In this document: one piece after another, positions 49,361 to 63,094 of the stretch
Layout of the letters: each line of letters opens with the position of its first letter
How positions within the stretch are numbered: the first letter of the stretch is position 1
NCBI GenBank assembly: GCA_002633005.1
Contig: NMRA01000530.1
Span: 131,829-195,828 of the forward strand
Direction: 5' to 3'
Length of the DNA: 64,000 nt
DNA from: Phoronis australis
Taxonomy: Eukaryota > Animalia > Phoronida
Notes under the pieces: generated by a model
The model's database searches: none
Told to the model about the DNA's origin: nothing
The model's input: the letters and a program-made list of their open reading frames with translations, nothing else
Program-made: the position numbers and the translations under genes

Positions 49361-49393
49361 ATGGTTGACTCGGCGAAGAGTGCTCTGCAAATT
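49361..49393 (+). CDS. POLR1D: Second (probably allelic) copy of POLR1D coding exon 1 (MVDSAKSALQI)
   Basis: Near-identical to 52731-52763 with one K/T difference, followed by GTGAGT. It lies in the duplicated block 45337-49539. Confidence 0.75.
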
Positions 49394-49539
49394 GTGAGTT
49401 CAATGTTTTTGCTTTTCACAGCGGTTTCCCTTTTTAATTGTGTAGTGGAATAACAGCCGCTTGTCATGAAAATATATTATAGTGTAGTAACGTTGAAAAT
49501 TTGCTGACACCGTCACCGAGACTTTACAGGCTGGGTTAG

Positions 49540-50011
49540 CAGGGCTCGACGCTATTAAAATCGCCAGGTCGCATTTTGCGACCTAGCCAAAATCCCAGGT
49601 CGCATTTTCAAAATCCAGCTCGCATTCGTAAATGCCAGGTCGCAAAATTTTCCCGCTTTTTTTACGCGCCATAATAGATTGTTTAGATCATCGAGAAAAT
49701 GTTTAGATTATGCTCTCACCTGCAGCGTTAAATACTCACAAATTTCAGATCTCAAAATTGACTTCATTCATGCAGGTACGGCCTTACTGTTCTTCACGAC
49801 CGCCATTGAAAGTCTTTAGAGCGCAAGGCAAGTTGCCGGCGTGAAAGTTGAATCAGTGCTCTCTAACTGACTTGTGCATTCGAGTAGCTAAATTTGCAAT
49901 GTGAAAAGGGAGAAAATGCCCGTTGAAAAAGTATCCGGGATTTTGTTAGATCTGGTCTGCTACTGGCCGTCATCAAAGTCGTTAACGATTCAAACTAACT
50001 CGGGTAATCGC
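49540..50011 (+). mobile_element. Left end of a hAT-like DNA transposon (truncated by contig junction)
   Basis: Begins CAGGGCTCGAC exactly where copy A diverges from copy B. Subterminal repeats CCAGGTCGCA occur several times, in both orientations. Confidence 0.6.
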
Positions 50012-52511
50012 NATAAAAATGGAAAAGCACCTCTTCAATAGAAACTTACTACCACAAACAAATTTTATGGAAATCTATTACTAAGGAGCTACAGAGATAA
50101 AGTGACAAATGCAAAGAGCTTAAATTGCCACTAGGGGGCAGGGTGGCAGTCACATCAGTCCGAAAAACATCTGCCACACCATATTGAGATTTTGCAATGG
50201 TTTTACAAGTACAGCAGTGGACGTCAGACAGAAATGAAACCAATATGCAGGCACATAAAAAGGTGGCTTCTCAAAAGTTATCGCCAGCTGCTGGCGAAAA
50301 TTATCAGTCGGTATTTTAAAAAAACCACAAGGATTACCTACCCTTAGGAAACCAGCTGGGTGTATGAAATGATCTCCCAAAAATAACTGGAGCCATCAGT
50401 ATACTAAATGTTTTTCAATTAGCTGCTCATGAACTCTTCACAATTCCTTGTCATTGTAACAGTAGCAACATCTGGAGATTGCCTTAAAAACTGATGCTCA
50501 CACGTGTACTTCCTCTGTACACTAAAGCAGTGCCACCTCCTACTGGCTCTGTGCTTTGTAAATGCTTGTAGCACCATTGTCAGAAACTAGCACTTGCGCT
50601 AATGTTAACTTGTCATATCTTAAGCCCGACGTTAAATAAACTTCACTTTGCTATGAAGATGTCAAAATACAGCTAGTAACTGTTGTGTGTTAACTTCACA
50701 TAGATCAAAAAATTTCACACCGCCCCGATAGTTCTGCTGATCACCATGTAATGAGACTTATATCAACATGGCTTGCAGACCTAATGACTGGCAGAGGGGG
50801 GAATCTGAGCCAACTCACACATTACTAGTAACAGGCATTTAAGTTAAAAACAATCTAGCGTCGTGCTTTAGCTTTTTAACAGAAAAATTTGTTGGCAGCT
50901 TGAAATCAGTACACTCGATCATGACGCGCACTGTTTTCTAATTTTTTGAGACATCTTTCAGTATGTGATGATAGCTTCACTAAAGTCAAATTTTGTTCAG
51001 AAATTTGGTTTTCTGGTAATAAAATAGTTTCCATTAATAAAAATCTTAACTAATTGAAACCAGTCCCAATATCTTGCTGTGAACCGTATACCTTTCAAAC
51101 GAAATCCAGTTGATTGAAGAATTGACAAATAAAGAAACTGGCCAACTTGACACTAATTCACCACCTTGAAGGCCGACCAATCGATACAATCTTATCAGAT
51201 CCATAAACTTAGCAGGAGAAAAATGAAAAAACAGCCATTTTACAGCAGTATTAACTAATTTATTGTAACACTCACAAAAATGTACAAACAGAGCAAAACC
51301 GACGCGGGTAAAACATGTTAGCCAAAATCTGATCGACGCAAACACCAACTTTAAAACTTACACTCTTTTTTGTGTATTAGTTACCGGTACTAAAAATTAA
51401 AGTCCTGCCCTTATTCTGTTGCTAATGCAGTGAAGTGATGTTAAGTGTCGGTTCTCAGGGCCATGAAATAGCTGTCATGCACTTACTAGTCATTTTTTTG
51501 CCAATTCTCCAATAGGCGTTCGTTATACTCAAGTACATATCACAATTTATAAGAACTGGTTTCACTATATGTATATAAATTTTTAGCTCAGTTATGCACG
51601 GGCATACGTGTCATGACAGACCTTTCTTTGTTACAGAAAGCTGAGAAATGTAAGAAAATGAATTTTAGTACATGACGAAGTTCTGTCGTTCTGCAACTTT
51701 TCCAGACGTGAGGGGTGCTGAGCGTGCGATAACATCTGGCTCCTTTGTTAAAAGCCCAGCAGTGTTTTGTCCCAAATGATAAAAAGCAGGCCAATTATCT
51801 CCCAGGCTTCAAAGGGTTACTGAAACCTGGTAGAACTACTTTCGACACCGGGTAGAGGTTTTCATCAACAATGAATAAACAATGGTTACAGGGGTGATCT
51901 TCCCAACTTGTTGTTGGGTATAGAATCGAACAAGTTGGTAGCAACGGGAAAACGCTGTAATGAGATTTATTTTCAATAAAACTGCTATAATGGGCAAGGT
52001 GACTGTCGGTTCACTTGCAGATTTTGCATGGGCCTCCGCCGGTCGTTTGCGCTGCATGATTATTTGAGTTTCACGACGAAGTGACAGCAGAACCGTTCCT
52101 GGGCAGTGTGAAATTTGGAGGTGTATGTGAAGTTAATTATAGGCTAACACAGCACCTCCGGGATGTATTTTGAGAGTCTCGATATATCTATAGGCATGCA
52201 ACACATAGCCCATCCGGTGGCTGGCCACAGGAAGGGCGACCTAAAGTTGAAAGAACAGTAATTTTTAGAAACTTTTTGCTAGATTTTATTTTGACAGTTT
52301 TTTCCCAATCCAATTAAGCATGCACTACAGGAATTAAGATGACATTGGTGAAGAATTTCAACCCGAGATATCTTCGAAACCCTACCCAAACCCATTTAGA
52401 CACATAACTCATCTGTAAACACTGGTAGTGGTAAATAAGCATTCATTCCAGGACCCACTGGCCCAGGTCACAATCAGTTTGTCACATTAGCTGACAACGT
52501 CGTCACATTAC

Positions 52512-52730
52512 CCTTCTTCTTTTTCTATTCTGAATTTGTCAAACCGAAAACCAATAGCTGAGCGGATACAACCCTTTAATTAGTAACATGAGTTCAAGTA
52601 TACAAACCAAACAAGAGGACTTCCTCGATCGACGTTGTTGTTCGTGCCCTTGCGCTTTCTATTTTCCTTTTCCGTGTGACGTCATATACACATGACTTAT
52701 GAGAACAACACGCATGTGCAAGCGGAAAAC
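52512..52730. promoter_or_regulatory. Putative bidirectional promoter of VAMP7 (-, non-coding exon 1) and POLR1D (+); allelic copy at ~49134-49360
   Basis: A minus-strand donor (G|GTAATG) at ~52511 (copy at 49133) is a candidate for the VAMP7 5'UTR exon. A perfect CRE palindrome TGACGTCA is at 52677-52684 (copy at 49307-49314), with an NRF1-like CGCATGTGCA. The POLR1D ATG is ~50 bp downstream of the CRE. Confidence 0.6.
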
Positions 52731-55700
52731 ATGGTTGACTCGGCGACGAGTGCTCTGCAAATTGTGAGTTCAATGTTTTTGCTTTTCACAGCGGTTTCCC
52801 TTTTTAATTGTGTAGTGGAATAACAGCCGCTTGTCATGAAAATATATTATAGTGTAGTAACGTTGAAAATTTGCTGACACTGTCACCGAGACTTTACAGG
52901 CTGGGGTAGACACAAGCAAACGCGTCCCAGCTCCCAGTCTATCACTAGGGAGGACAACGTTTTTTTATTTTTTTTACAATACCCATGTGTCATACATTTT
53001 TGAAAATCCCTTGGTGTGAGAAATGAAATGGTGCAAAAATCAGAAAAATTGGACGAGCGGGTAATTGTTTACAATATGACGACAATGACTTAGACATATG
53101 ATTTTGGTATCTTTCGATTCCTCGCGCCGTCATCTTTCCAAAAATATATGAATTGATCCCCTACCGCGTTTCCTCCATATTTTATCGTCGAATTTCAGTT
53201 GCCACTATTTCCCGGTGGACACTGCCATGTTAGCTCAACAAAAGATTACAGCGACACCTACTGTTAATGAATGAAACAGCATCATTGATTCTGAATGGTG
53301 TTTGCCTGCGTGAGAATCCCGCTAAAGTTTTCCTGACATAATAAATATTGATGAACAAGTAGAAGCGTTTTACCTTTCCATTTTTTTAAATTGTGACCAT
53401 TTGACCATTTTTCCACGAAATTGTCTGAAGTGATACTCTTTTCACAAATTTGGACCTCAAAAACAACCTCCGCTGTTTTGGCAGATTCTTGCTAGCAGGT
53501 GCGTATATCAGGGTCACCATAGGATCGAATTCGAATCCTTGTTTCCGTAACTCGGGCAGGGAATTGACGGGTCTCGGTCAATTTGAACTTATGAAAGCGG
53601 TGCTCTGCAAGTCGGTAAATTAGTTTAGTTTTTTACCGCCAGGTGACTCCTTCCATTCAACATGGCGGTATTACAACCGCGTACCAGGAAGTAGTGCTAG
53701 AAGAAATTTCACGATAAATGGGGTAGGAGAAATTTCTGTGTATATTTGGAAAGATAACATTGCGAAGAATCGAACGATACCAAAATCATATGTCTAAGTC
53801 ATTGTCGTCATATTGTAAACAATTACCGACGAACGATTGACGAGAAAATGGCCGTTGAAGCGCGACGATTATGCGTAAACTATCTGCCTTTTTACATAAT
53901 TTCATAAAAAAATAAAAGAATATACATGTACTGCATATAAAAAGATTCGTCTCATTGAGACAAACATGGTGGTGTGTATTATATATATTTGGATCAATTT
54001 CTACAGAGATATTGCTTTTAAGTGTGTTGTTAACATATAGAACAGGCTCATCATGTTTGATGAAAACAATGGATTACACAGCTTAAAAGGTAAAGAGCAA
54101 AGACACCACATCAGCTCAGAAATAAATACATCTGAGCTGGGAGGAAATTTCACATGAAATCACAATATCACATTGGTGGATTTGGGGGGGGCAAGGGGGC
54201 CTGGCCCGTGGCCCCCCTAAAACTCCCACATTTCATTTGGCAGTTTGAGGGTGCAAATATCTTACGGATAAAATCCTGCGTAATACTCTGCCCTGCCCCC
54301 CTCCTATCTAAAAATCCTAGATCTGCCCCTGAATACTACTACATGGGCAACACACCATTGCCTGACAGTGACAGGGAGCTGGGGGAGGCTATAGCTCCCC
54401 CACGTTTTTCAATGATGGGTGCCACCCATGTACTATTAGATGGTATCATGGCAAAAAACATCAGAAAGTAGACAAAAGACCATTTGGGAAAACAAAACAC
54501 TCTTAACATGAAGGATTTCATCATTTACACAACAAAAATTTTGTAACACAACTTTATTTCGTACGGTGAAGTTGCGATGCCATTGAACTTCAACGTAGCC
54601 GCTGGTGGCGCTGACATGCGGCGACTTGGCGAACTAACGACTGCTGTTTGAAAAGTGCCAATGCGCAGCAGTTTGACAGAATTTCTGAAAATGAAATAAT
54701 TACCAATTAAAAGAGTGATAAATTCCTCATCTAAAAATCTGGGGGGCATATTGCGCAACTGGAAAAACATCAATCTCCCGACCGACCAAAATTAGGCCTT
54801 CCGGACGATCGAAAACTTGCCATGAAAACTTGGCCTTGACTTCGAGAAAACAACTTGAGGAGATGCGCACGCATCTAAACTACATCCTGTCCAAATTTCA
54901 TGTTTGTATTTGAGAGTATAGTGCTCTTTTGGATAGGAGGAACAAGAGGTACTTTTTCGAAAGTTGATCGCATGGCGGAAAATCGTGCGCTAAGAAAAGC
55001 TTACAAAAATAATTTATCAGTGATAATTTGAGACAAAAAGATTACAAACTTACAAATAAAGAGTAAGGTAACGATTTATAACACAAAATTGTGTTATAGT
55101 TAACTTTGAAGTCTGAAATCGGGTAATTTACCGACGTGGGTTTTACACGGAGGCAGATATGGAGCACCGTGACCTACTTTTTGATTGTCCTCCCTACTAT
55201 CACTACTCATTCTACTGACTGTGTGACTGATGACTCTAGTGACAGTCGTAGTGTCACTCTCAGACAATACCTGTTTACCACAGCCAGGCACAGGCACTCT
55301 TGACTGTCGCAAGGCACTTTCCTGATATCCAATATAGTCGACCAAAAAAATGTCGGAAACTTACGCACTGTTGTATTACTGCAGGTTCACTAGCTAGGCC
55401 TCTAGAAGTACTCACCAGTTAAAACACAGCTATTCAAGCTTCAGTAAAACCCAATCCAGTTGCCCATCCCTGACATCCTGATTGCTTGCTGAAAGACTGC
55501 CAGCAGGGTTCCCGCCAGCAGTATAAATAAAAGAAGCATCCAGGGAACCATAAATCTGACAAATCACAAGACACCACAGAAAGATAAAGGACGAACGATG
55601 TTGACGATTACAACATTAAACTCCTCCCTAATAAAGTGTGGGGCCCACCTGGGAATCAACATCATTCGCCAGATACGAAAAGCTTCCCAAAAATTTAACC

Positions 55701-58700
55701 ATATCCCCCCTTACCGAAAATAAAGCCACTGCTAAGTAGACCAAGAGTGTTATAATGACAAGAACAGTTCCCCTAGAAGCAGAGAATAATGCACACAGGT
55801 TAAATATAGAAGTACCAAAAATAATAAAAAGAGTTCAGAATGCCAGCACATCCCAAACACATGAAGTAACTCATAAAGAGAAAACCTAGCAGGATCCCAA
55901 CCCACCCCCCAGGGCGGGAGAGCAGTCACCTAACGGAAAAAGTTCTCGCTAGGGAGACTCCCTGGACTTGTAGCTGCAAAAGGGTATAGGACACGTGCAT
56001 TCCTAGTGGAGTTCTCAGAATACACCCTGCACTACCATGATACACGCATGCTACCCTTAACTGCTACTAGAATATTAAATTTTGACGTGCTTCGGGTGGA
56101 GGCCGTGCACACATATTCCAACCCGAAGGGAACGCCTTGGACACGGACCTAAAATGGATAGGTTCACAGAGAAATGTGACTGACTCTCCGCTAAACATAG
56201 ACCTCCTGGCAACTCGGACGGACATGAAAGTACGGCACCCAGATTAACCACGCACTAGGGATACGATAATAAATAGGGGAATTAGTTGTAGGGAGAAAGT
56301 ATTAGGTCAAGGAAATGGTGTCCAATGACATAACCAAAACACTGCCTAAGCCTAAACTCACCAACTACATGGATGTAATAAATAAATAAATACAAGGGAT
56401 ATGGTAATAAATAAGGGACTTTGCTGCAGGAAGAAAGTATTAGGTCAATGAAATGGTGTTCAATTCAATGACACAACCAAAACAATGCCTAAAACTAAAC
56501 TCACCAACTACAAGGACGCAATTAATAAATAAATACCCTAAACCCAAAGGATAAAAACCCATTTAAACCACCAACCCCAAGAGACCACTTGGCCACCCTA
56601 CCAGCAACCCGCTAGCACGATACCACTCCCCTATCCAACCTTCCCCCCGGACCGTTCTGCGGAAAATGCCCTGGTCAGGCAAAGGTTTTCAAGAAAAGTG
56701 GTTGAATAGTCCTAGAAAAACCTAACCAGTGCCAAATACGCCAATTGTATTATTGCAGGTTCACTAGCTAGGCCTCTAAAAGTACTCACCAGTTAAATAC
56801 AGCTATTCAAGCTTCAGTAAAACCCAATCCAGGTGCCCATCCCTGACATCCGGATTGCTTTCTGAAAGACTGCCAGCAGGGTTCCCGCCAGCAGTTTAAA
56901 TAAAAGAAGCATCCGGGGAACCATAAAACTGACAAATCACAAGACACCACAGAAAGATAAAGAACGAATGATGTTGACGATAACAACAGCATATTCAATT
57001 TCTCCTCGTAAAGAATTTACACCACTCACTAACTGACTAACTCAAATCTCAATTCCTCCTGCCACGTACCAAACCGAAGATAGAACGCAGATTGCATTCA
57101 CTGGAGGCATGTGTTTGAGGGTTATTGCCCGATTTTTGACAAACAATTCTAACTTCCGTCTTCTGTTTGAACTTCAGTGCAAAGTTAAGTGCATTTTTCA
57201 TGTGTGCTGACCAACTGCTGTGATGGCAACTGGCAAATGTTTTCACCAAGGCTGCCTTCTTAGCAAGTTTGTCACAATAGCTAATCTTTCATAGGAAGGC
57301 TAGTTGCAAAAAATCAACGTTTCTTAAATATCCCACCACCCTCCTCCCATCCCCCACCCACCCCTATCAAACATGGCAAGTACAGGTAAAAATGGCATGG
57401 CTCCCCATTTTTGCATGTACAGATATCCTGGTAAGTTAATATAATGTTTAATACCACTTGCCTAAATGAAAATTTGCTGCCAACATACACAAAAATGTAA
57501 TCCTATAATAGTGCAGAGTGGGGAATTTAAAATACATAGGCATGTGTTCACATTAACACACACACATTAAGCATTTCAGCAAGATCTGAGATAGTAGATG
57601 GAAACACCGATTGCTGGTTTGCCATGGAATGGCCCCTAAAGAAGTGGGTTATTTTGTCCTTATTTCTTGTGCTTGGTGGGAAAACTGCTTGAAGAAGTCC
57701 TTTGAACTGTTGCACTTGGCTTCATTTTACACCATGATAATGATTTCTGTGTCTAGGTGGAGCCACTTGATCCTGCTGATGAGACCTGCCGGACGTTTGT
57801 TATCAGCAAAGAGGACCATACTTTAGGGAATTCCTTGCGCTACATGGTGATGAAAAAGTGAGCTTATTTCTCTGAATGCAGTTTGTGTCTAATGCACCTG
57901 AAGTTGGATGTGAAGCTGAGCATAAGCAGTTAGTAGTAATCGTATTTGGAAGCGTGCACCGGACTGTGTAACCAATTCGTGTTTAGTCTTAGGGAGGTGC
58001 TTTTATGTTCGCCAATTCATGTGTTGTTTGGAGCCAAATCGTGTGTTGTTTGGAGCCAATCCATGTGTTGTTTGGAGCCAATTTATGTGTTGAAGCCAAT
58101 TCATGTGTTGTTTGGAGCCAATTCATGTGTTGTTTGGAGCCAATTCATGTGTTTTTTGGAGCCAATTAAAACATTTGCAACATATAGGCAATGTCCCGTT
58201 TGTGAGTTGTTTCGTTGACTGGAATTCTCCTTGCATATCTTTGTGTTCATGGACAGGTACTGTAATCTCCCTAATAAGCGCCCATGCCCCTATAAGCGCC
58301 CCCCACACGTTTTCAGATTTTGCTAAAATAGGCGCCTAGCCCATAAACGTGTACGTGCGAAAAATGCCTTACCTACAGTTCTAAAATTCTACTGTAATAC
58401 CTTCAATGTATCAATAAGATTCGACAGTCCTGGAAAAATCATTGTGCGCGGAGTTTGTAGACCACGAGCCTCGCCGCTATGTCGGTATTATGCTATGACT
58501 ATACACTTCAAAGGAGGACTTCAGGTAACTTGTTGAGTCTAAACTGTATTTTTATTCAAGAATTCAAGTTGACCTATCGGCGATCATGAGGCAGCGAAGC
58601 ATCAATCATATCGATTTTTCTCCCTTGGATTTCAGCACAATTTTCTGAAAAATGATCGTAATTTAACAACGAAGTTTGATAGCAATGCACCACAATTTTG

Positions 58701-60483
58701 TAGAATGTCTCTCGTAGGTGACAGATGCGTCACAGAGCATAAATTTGATGAATCCTTGCTTACGATTTCACCAGTTTCGGAGACCAGGTTTCATCCGCCT
58801 TAGGCTAAGTGCCCCCCCCCCTGAAGCGAATTTTTCCAAGTGCCCTGGGCGCTTAATTAGGGCGAATACGGTACTAGAGTACTTCAGGGATAGAGCACAA
58901 AAATGTCTTGGCATTGACACATATGTGAACATTCAGAATATTAGTGGTTTTTTTCTGAAAATGGGCATTATCTGGGATGAGTACTTGTCTATCAGTGAAA
59001 CAGGATTTTTTCTTAAAAGTAGGCTCAGACATTAAGGGTCATCCTGAATGCAAATCAAAGAAAAATTGAAACGTGACTGTCAGACCTCAGTATTAGAACT
59101 TTGCATTTTACCATTGCCTTGCTTAAGTGCTGGTAATCTAACTTTTTGGCCTCTCTTAACATTAGATGTTAAGCGGTTAGCTTGGTGTTGTGTGAGTTTT
59201 AGGCCATGAACTTGATTGATTAGTCATCTTGCAATTTGGCTGATTAGAGAATACGTTCTCATAAGAACCAACATTTTTTACTAATGCTGTTATAGACTCC
59301 CTCTCTGGTAGCTAATGGTTGAGACCAGAAAGAAGTTGGCTTGAACTGCTGGTAACCAACTGTTAGTGATTCTGGAGGCCAGGGTTCGGAAAAAGTGGTG
59401 TAGGATTGAAGTCAGAAATTTTAAATTTTGTCTTATGCTCCACACAAGCACCGTTTGGAAATAATTTAATCTCAAATCAAGAAAGTACAGAGATTCTGAA
59501 AATTCAGCCAAAGTCGCAAATTAATCAGATTATGTGAATTATTTCTAAACTACAAGGTGCTAATGAAACTTTGCACAAATTTCATTAAAAGCAAGCTGGA
59601 TGCGTAATCAAAATTTTCTGACTGAAGTGGCCTTAAGTCACTCTACATGAAACAGGCTCCAGAATTTACCTCCAATGTAAGTAAACAAGTTGTGGACATC
59701 TAGTGGACAGCGTTTGGGAAGACTGATTGAAACGCTGTTTCTTCTCGAAAGTCATCGCTGTAATCTTTGCCTTTTCCCCTACAGTCCTGACACCCAGTTC
59801 TGCGGTTACAGTGTACCTCATCCTTCTGAACACAAGATCAACTTGAGAGTGCAAACAAATGGCCCCGCGGCTGTGGATGTCCTCCACAAGGGGCTGGAGG
59901 ATCTGATACAGATGTGTGAGCATGTTGGTAAAACATTTGAGGTATGTTGTGTATATTGCAGGCCAATGGGAAGCTAAACATTCACTAGGAGGCACTAGTA
60001 AGAACTGTTCCACCTAATAAAAGTGCATTCGTGCAGGTAGACATTTGGGTCCCTTAGACTACGAACATCCCCATGGTTGAAAACAGCTTTCTGTTCCTGC
60101 TTTTTGCAGATTACAAAAATGTGGACTCGTTCTTCATCAAAATCAACTTCACCTGGTGACCAATTTATGACCTTAAAAACTCAGATGAGTGCATGCCCAT
60201 ATTTACATCGTTTCATTCATAATGTTTCTAAAATTTGAAAGGTAAGTGCAGTTTTGGATTGTGCTTTACTAGAACGTACTTTGTATACCCAAACAGGATG
60301 AACCGTTATTCGTGATATATTTGCTGAATGTCTGGTGTTGAGTTCTATGACTGTTTCATTGAGGCAGCATATTTTTTCTATTTACTTTTATGAAACTGTT
60401 ATTTGAACTTGCAGAGGTCAATGGAAAATTATGTGAGCAAGTCACAAAATGAGGACACTTCGATGGAAGTGGGTGATTCCTAG
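52731..60483 (+). CDS. POLR1D: DNA-directed RNA polymerases I and III subunit RPAC2 (AC19), ~119 aa
   Basis: Exons 52731-52763 ([11 protein letters not shown], donor GTGAGT), 57757-57857 (..[23 protein letters not shown]), 59785-59941 ([24 protein letters not shown]) and 60415-60483. The RPB11/AC19 signature EDHTLGN and GYSVPHP are present. Confidence 0.94.
53059..53828. mobile_element. Element with ~90-bp inverted repeats in POLR1D intron 1
   Basis: GTAATTGTTTACAATATGACGACAATGACTTAGACATATGATTTTGGTATC (53061-) is the reverse complement of 53776-53826, and looser pairing continues inward. Confidence 0.75.
55369..56988 (-). mobile_element. Small non-autonomous LTR retroelement (TRIM-like, Gypsy-type ends) in POLR1D intron 1
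   Basis: LTRs ~55369-55615 (TGTTGTA...TACAACA) and ~56745-56988. Minus-strand PBS TGGCGTATTTGGCA (56730-56743) and polypurine tract AGGGAGGAG (55621-55629). Flanks GCAC/GCAT form a 4-bp TSD with 1 mismatch. There is no coding capacity, and there is an internal ~100-bp tandem duplication. Confidence 0.85.
58011..58167 (+). repeat. Minisatellite, ~22-bp unit GCCAATTCATGTGTTGTTTGGA, about 7 copies
   Basis: Direct tandem repetition with one shortened unit. Confidence 0.9.
58260..58871. mobile_element. Tc1/mariner-pogo (Tc2-like) MITE with TA flanks
   Basis: TA|CTGTAATCTCCCTAATAAGCGCCC ... GGGCGCTTAATTAGGGCGAATACGG|TA. Confidence 0.7.
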
Positions 60484-63094
60484 CATGGTATGCCAAACTG
60501 ATGAGTCCTAGCGTTGACTGATGGCCTGAACACTGTGTAATGGGTTACTAAATTTAAAAGTGAAAGGACTGTGAGCGAGGCATGGGAGGTGCCCCTCAGA
60601 CTGTAATAGACCATTGGTTGGTTGTGAGTGTAAGCTGACAGTGTACTTCTTGGGATCAACTAAATGCACTGTGAGCATCTCCTAAACGGCGACATTGGAT
60701 TTGCCAAGCTGGACGACACAAATTCATGGTTGGAAGTGGATTTTGTGAATTAAGAGTGTAATCAAGTCAGCACGCTGCTGGATTGATGGGAATAGATTGT
60801 GAGTGATGAAGCTGATGCACCCATGTTTACATACGGGGGTGTTTATTGCTGTTGTCAGTGTCTTGCGTCTGCAGCTGTATTTCCTAAACAGCTTGTAGGA
60901 GCTTCACGAAATTTAGCAGATGTGCTCCTGTGAAGCTGACTGTTGAGGGTGACCTCTTTCAGACGAATCAGAGTGCTGGTGTGCCCTCATGCGGCAATTT
61001 TATTTTTTACATTTGTCTGTGGAGACTAGTCCTTATCTCACATCCTTATCAAGTGTCGGAAAAAGCAAAAGGTTTTTTGGCGCTCCCAACTTAAACGCAC
61101 TACTCATGATAACTGAAACTTAATTCTGCTACAGATTTTTAACCGGCTAATTCACATCGGGAAAAATACCGGCACACAAAAATAAGACCAAAAAACACCA
61201 AATTTGACAGTTTTCTCCCCAAATTTACTACTTCCCTGCAAGTGCTAGAAAAATCTGACTACAGATTCAGAATTCTTGTTCTCTCTAGATTCTAAAAATG
61301 TGGTTATAGTATGCCCCTTACCAGCTACTTTCTTGCAATTTGGATCTGTCTGACAGCCCCCTGAAATCGCACCCGGTTTCTCAGTCAGCAGGCGATAGGG
61401 GTTGAAAGCAGGGAAAGTGGGTCATGGCTAAAAAACTTGGCTTTTCTCATTCAAAAACACAAGTAAATCACTTTCCTGGCATTGTTTTTCAACAAATTCC
61501 TCAAACCTCTCGCCAAACTTGACACACGCCCTGTGTTTAACGAAAATGTCCTGTGGCTACAGCCTAACTGTTCTGACAGTGCCACCCATAGGTTTACATC
61601 TGAAAATACCGGGATGTGGTTACCTATGGGGATTGTCAGACTGCACCTATGTTCTAGTATTGGATTACAAAGTAAGGGAATGCTTTTCATAACAGAATTG
61701 TGAATAAACAGTATTTATCAGAATAACTCGGGTTATTACTGGTCTTACAATGATTAATGCAGTGGATGATTACTCAATCTAGCCCTCCCATTGTCACAAT
61801 GATGACTTCTGGCTACAACTCACCACAACAGGCGTGCTTGGTTCAGAGTCATTGCCTGGACGCTCTAGTGACCTTACTGTGTGACCTGAGCTGTGTTTTG
61901 TGCAGTATTTGTGCGAGGTATAAGTAAGATAATACCAGCTATAATGTTGGGTTACCTACATTTAGTAGACCACATTGTGGAATCTGTACTGGGGCGCTTT
62001 GGGATTCCTCAGTAGGTTCACAGGTATTGAACAAAGGCAGCCTAAATTTCAAGATTGCCAAATAAAGCTTTTGTTATATAATTGTTTATTTGCCTATAAA
62101 GGATTATTTGCAATGCAGCTGTTGGCATGGGTTAGATGGAAGAACAGTCTTTAAATCTGATGAGTTTGTGTCTGATGTCATCACGGCCCCATTAGGCTAT
62201 TTGGTAAATCGTTGGCATGAATGGAAAAGAACTTGGAGTAAAACGAAGTTCTGTGTCTGGTTACAACACTCTGTAACTGTATCTTTATTCTCAGCTCTTT
62301 GACTGATGACATTTTTTTATAATGTAACAGAACAGTTCTTAGTTCAATGACAATGGTAGGTATTAATTTAGGGGTGTTGCACTTTCAATTTTAAAAGTTG
62401 AAAATGCAATGTAGAGTTTATTGCGACTTCACGAAATCGAAAGATAACTCCCAGTATTGGATTTGGGGGGATGGGGGGCCATGCCCCCCCCCCCTAAAAG
62501 TTTCCCTGATATCATTTAGCAGTTCGGGGTGCGAATTGCTGACTAGCATATGGGCGCACCCAGGGGTGCGAATGCACTACGCATAGGCCTTGGACAAACC
62601 CGATTACCGTTTTTTCTAGTAGTAAGGTCTGAAAACCCAAAAATTCGAGACCCCAGCATCCCTACATTTCAGGCTGGGCGCGCCTATGTGGCGAAATTCT
62701 GAGTATTCCTGTACCCTGCCCCCCAACTCAAATCCTGGATCCGCCCCTGACTCCATGCCCTTGTCACTGGTAGTCCCTGGAGAAATGCACTTTCGTTATT
62801 CCTATCATTTTCATACTCGAAACAATTTACCTTTAGTTGAATATCTGTGTGTGACAAGATTTCTCGAACTTTATTGAAATATCTGTGATACAGAGTACGT
62901 TTACAAATGTGCTTGATTTATGGAAGGCTGCTCTAAATCATGAAGAGGTTTCGCTTACAACTGGATTTGGGTGTAGCCTCTGTGTATACACCCCAATCAT
63001 TCGCATCTTGTGTAAAAACATGTCATACTTTGCCATCAGAATGATACAAATTTTTTTTGTAGCATATACCACCAACAAGTGGCTAAATCTAATG

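Larger units (their letters stand above)
45337..52908. repeat. Tandem near-identical duplication (copy A 45337-49539, copy B 50013-52908); probable side-by-side haplotypes
   Basis: The copies are colinear over ~2.9 kb apart from TE insertions in copy A. The junction falls at the single n at 50012. Confidence 0.9.

Noticed and set aside
54972-55030. ATGGCGGAAAAT as POLR1D start (also CATGGCGG at 53661)
   Set aside because: There is no good in-frame donor and early stops follow. 52731-52763 has a consensus donor and a plausible AC19 N-terminus.
58011-58167. Regular 22-bp repeats resembling a CRISPR array
   Set aside because: The units are contiguous with no unique spacers, there are no cas genes and the site is a eukaryotic intron. 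It is a minisatellite.
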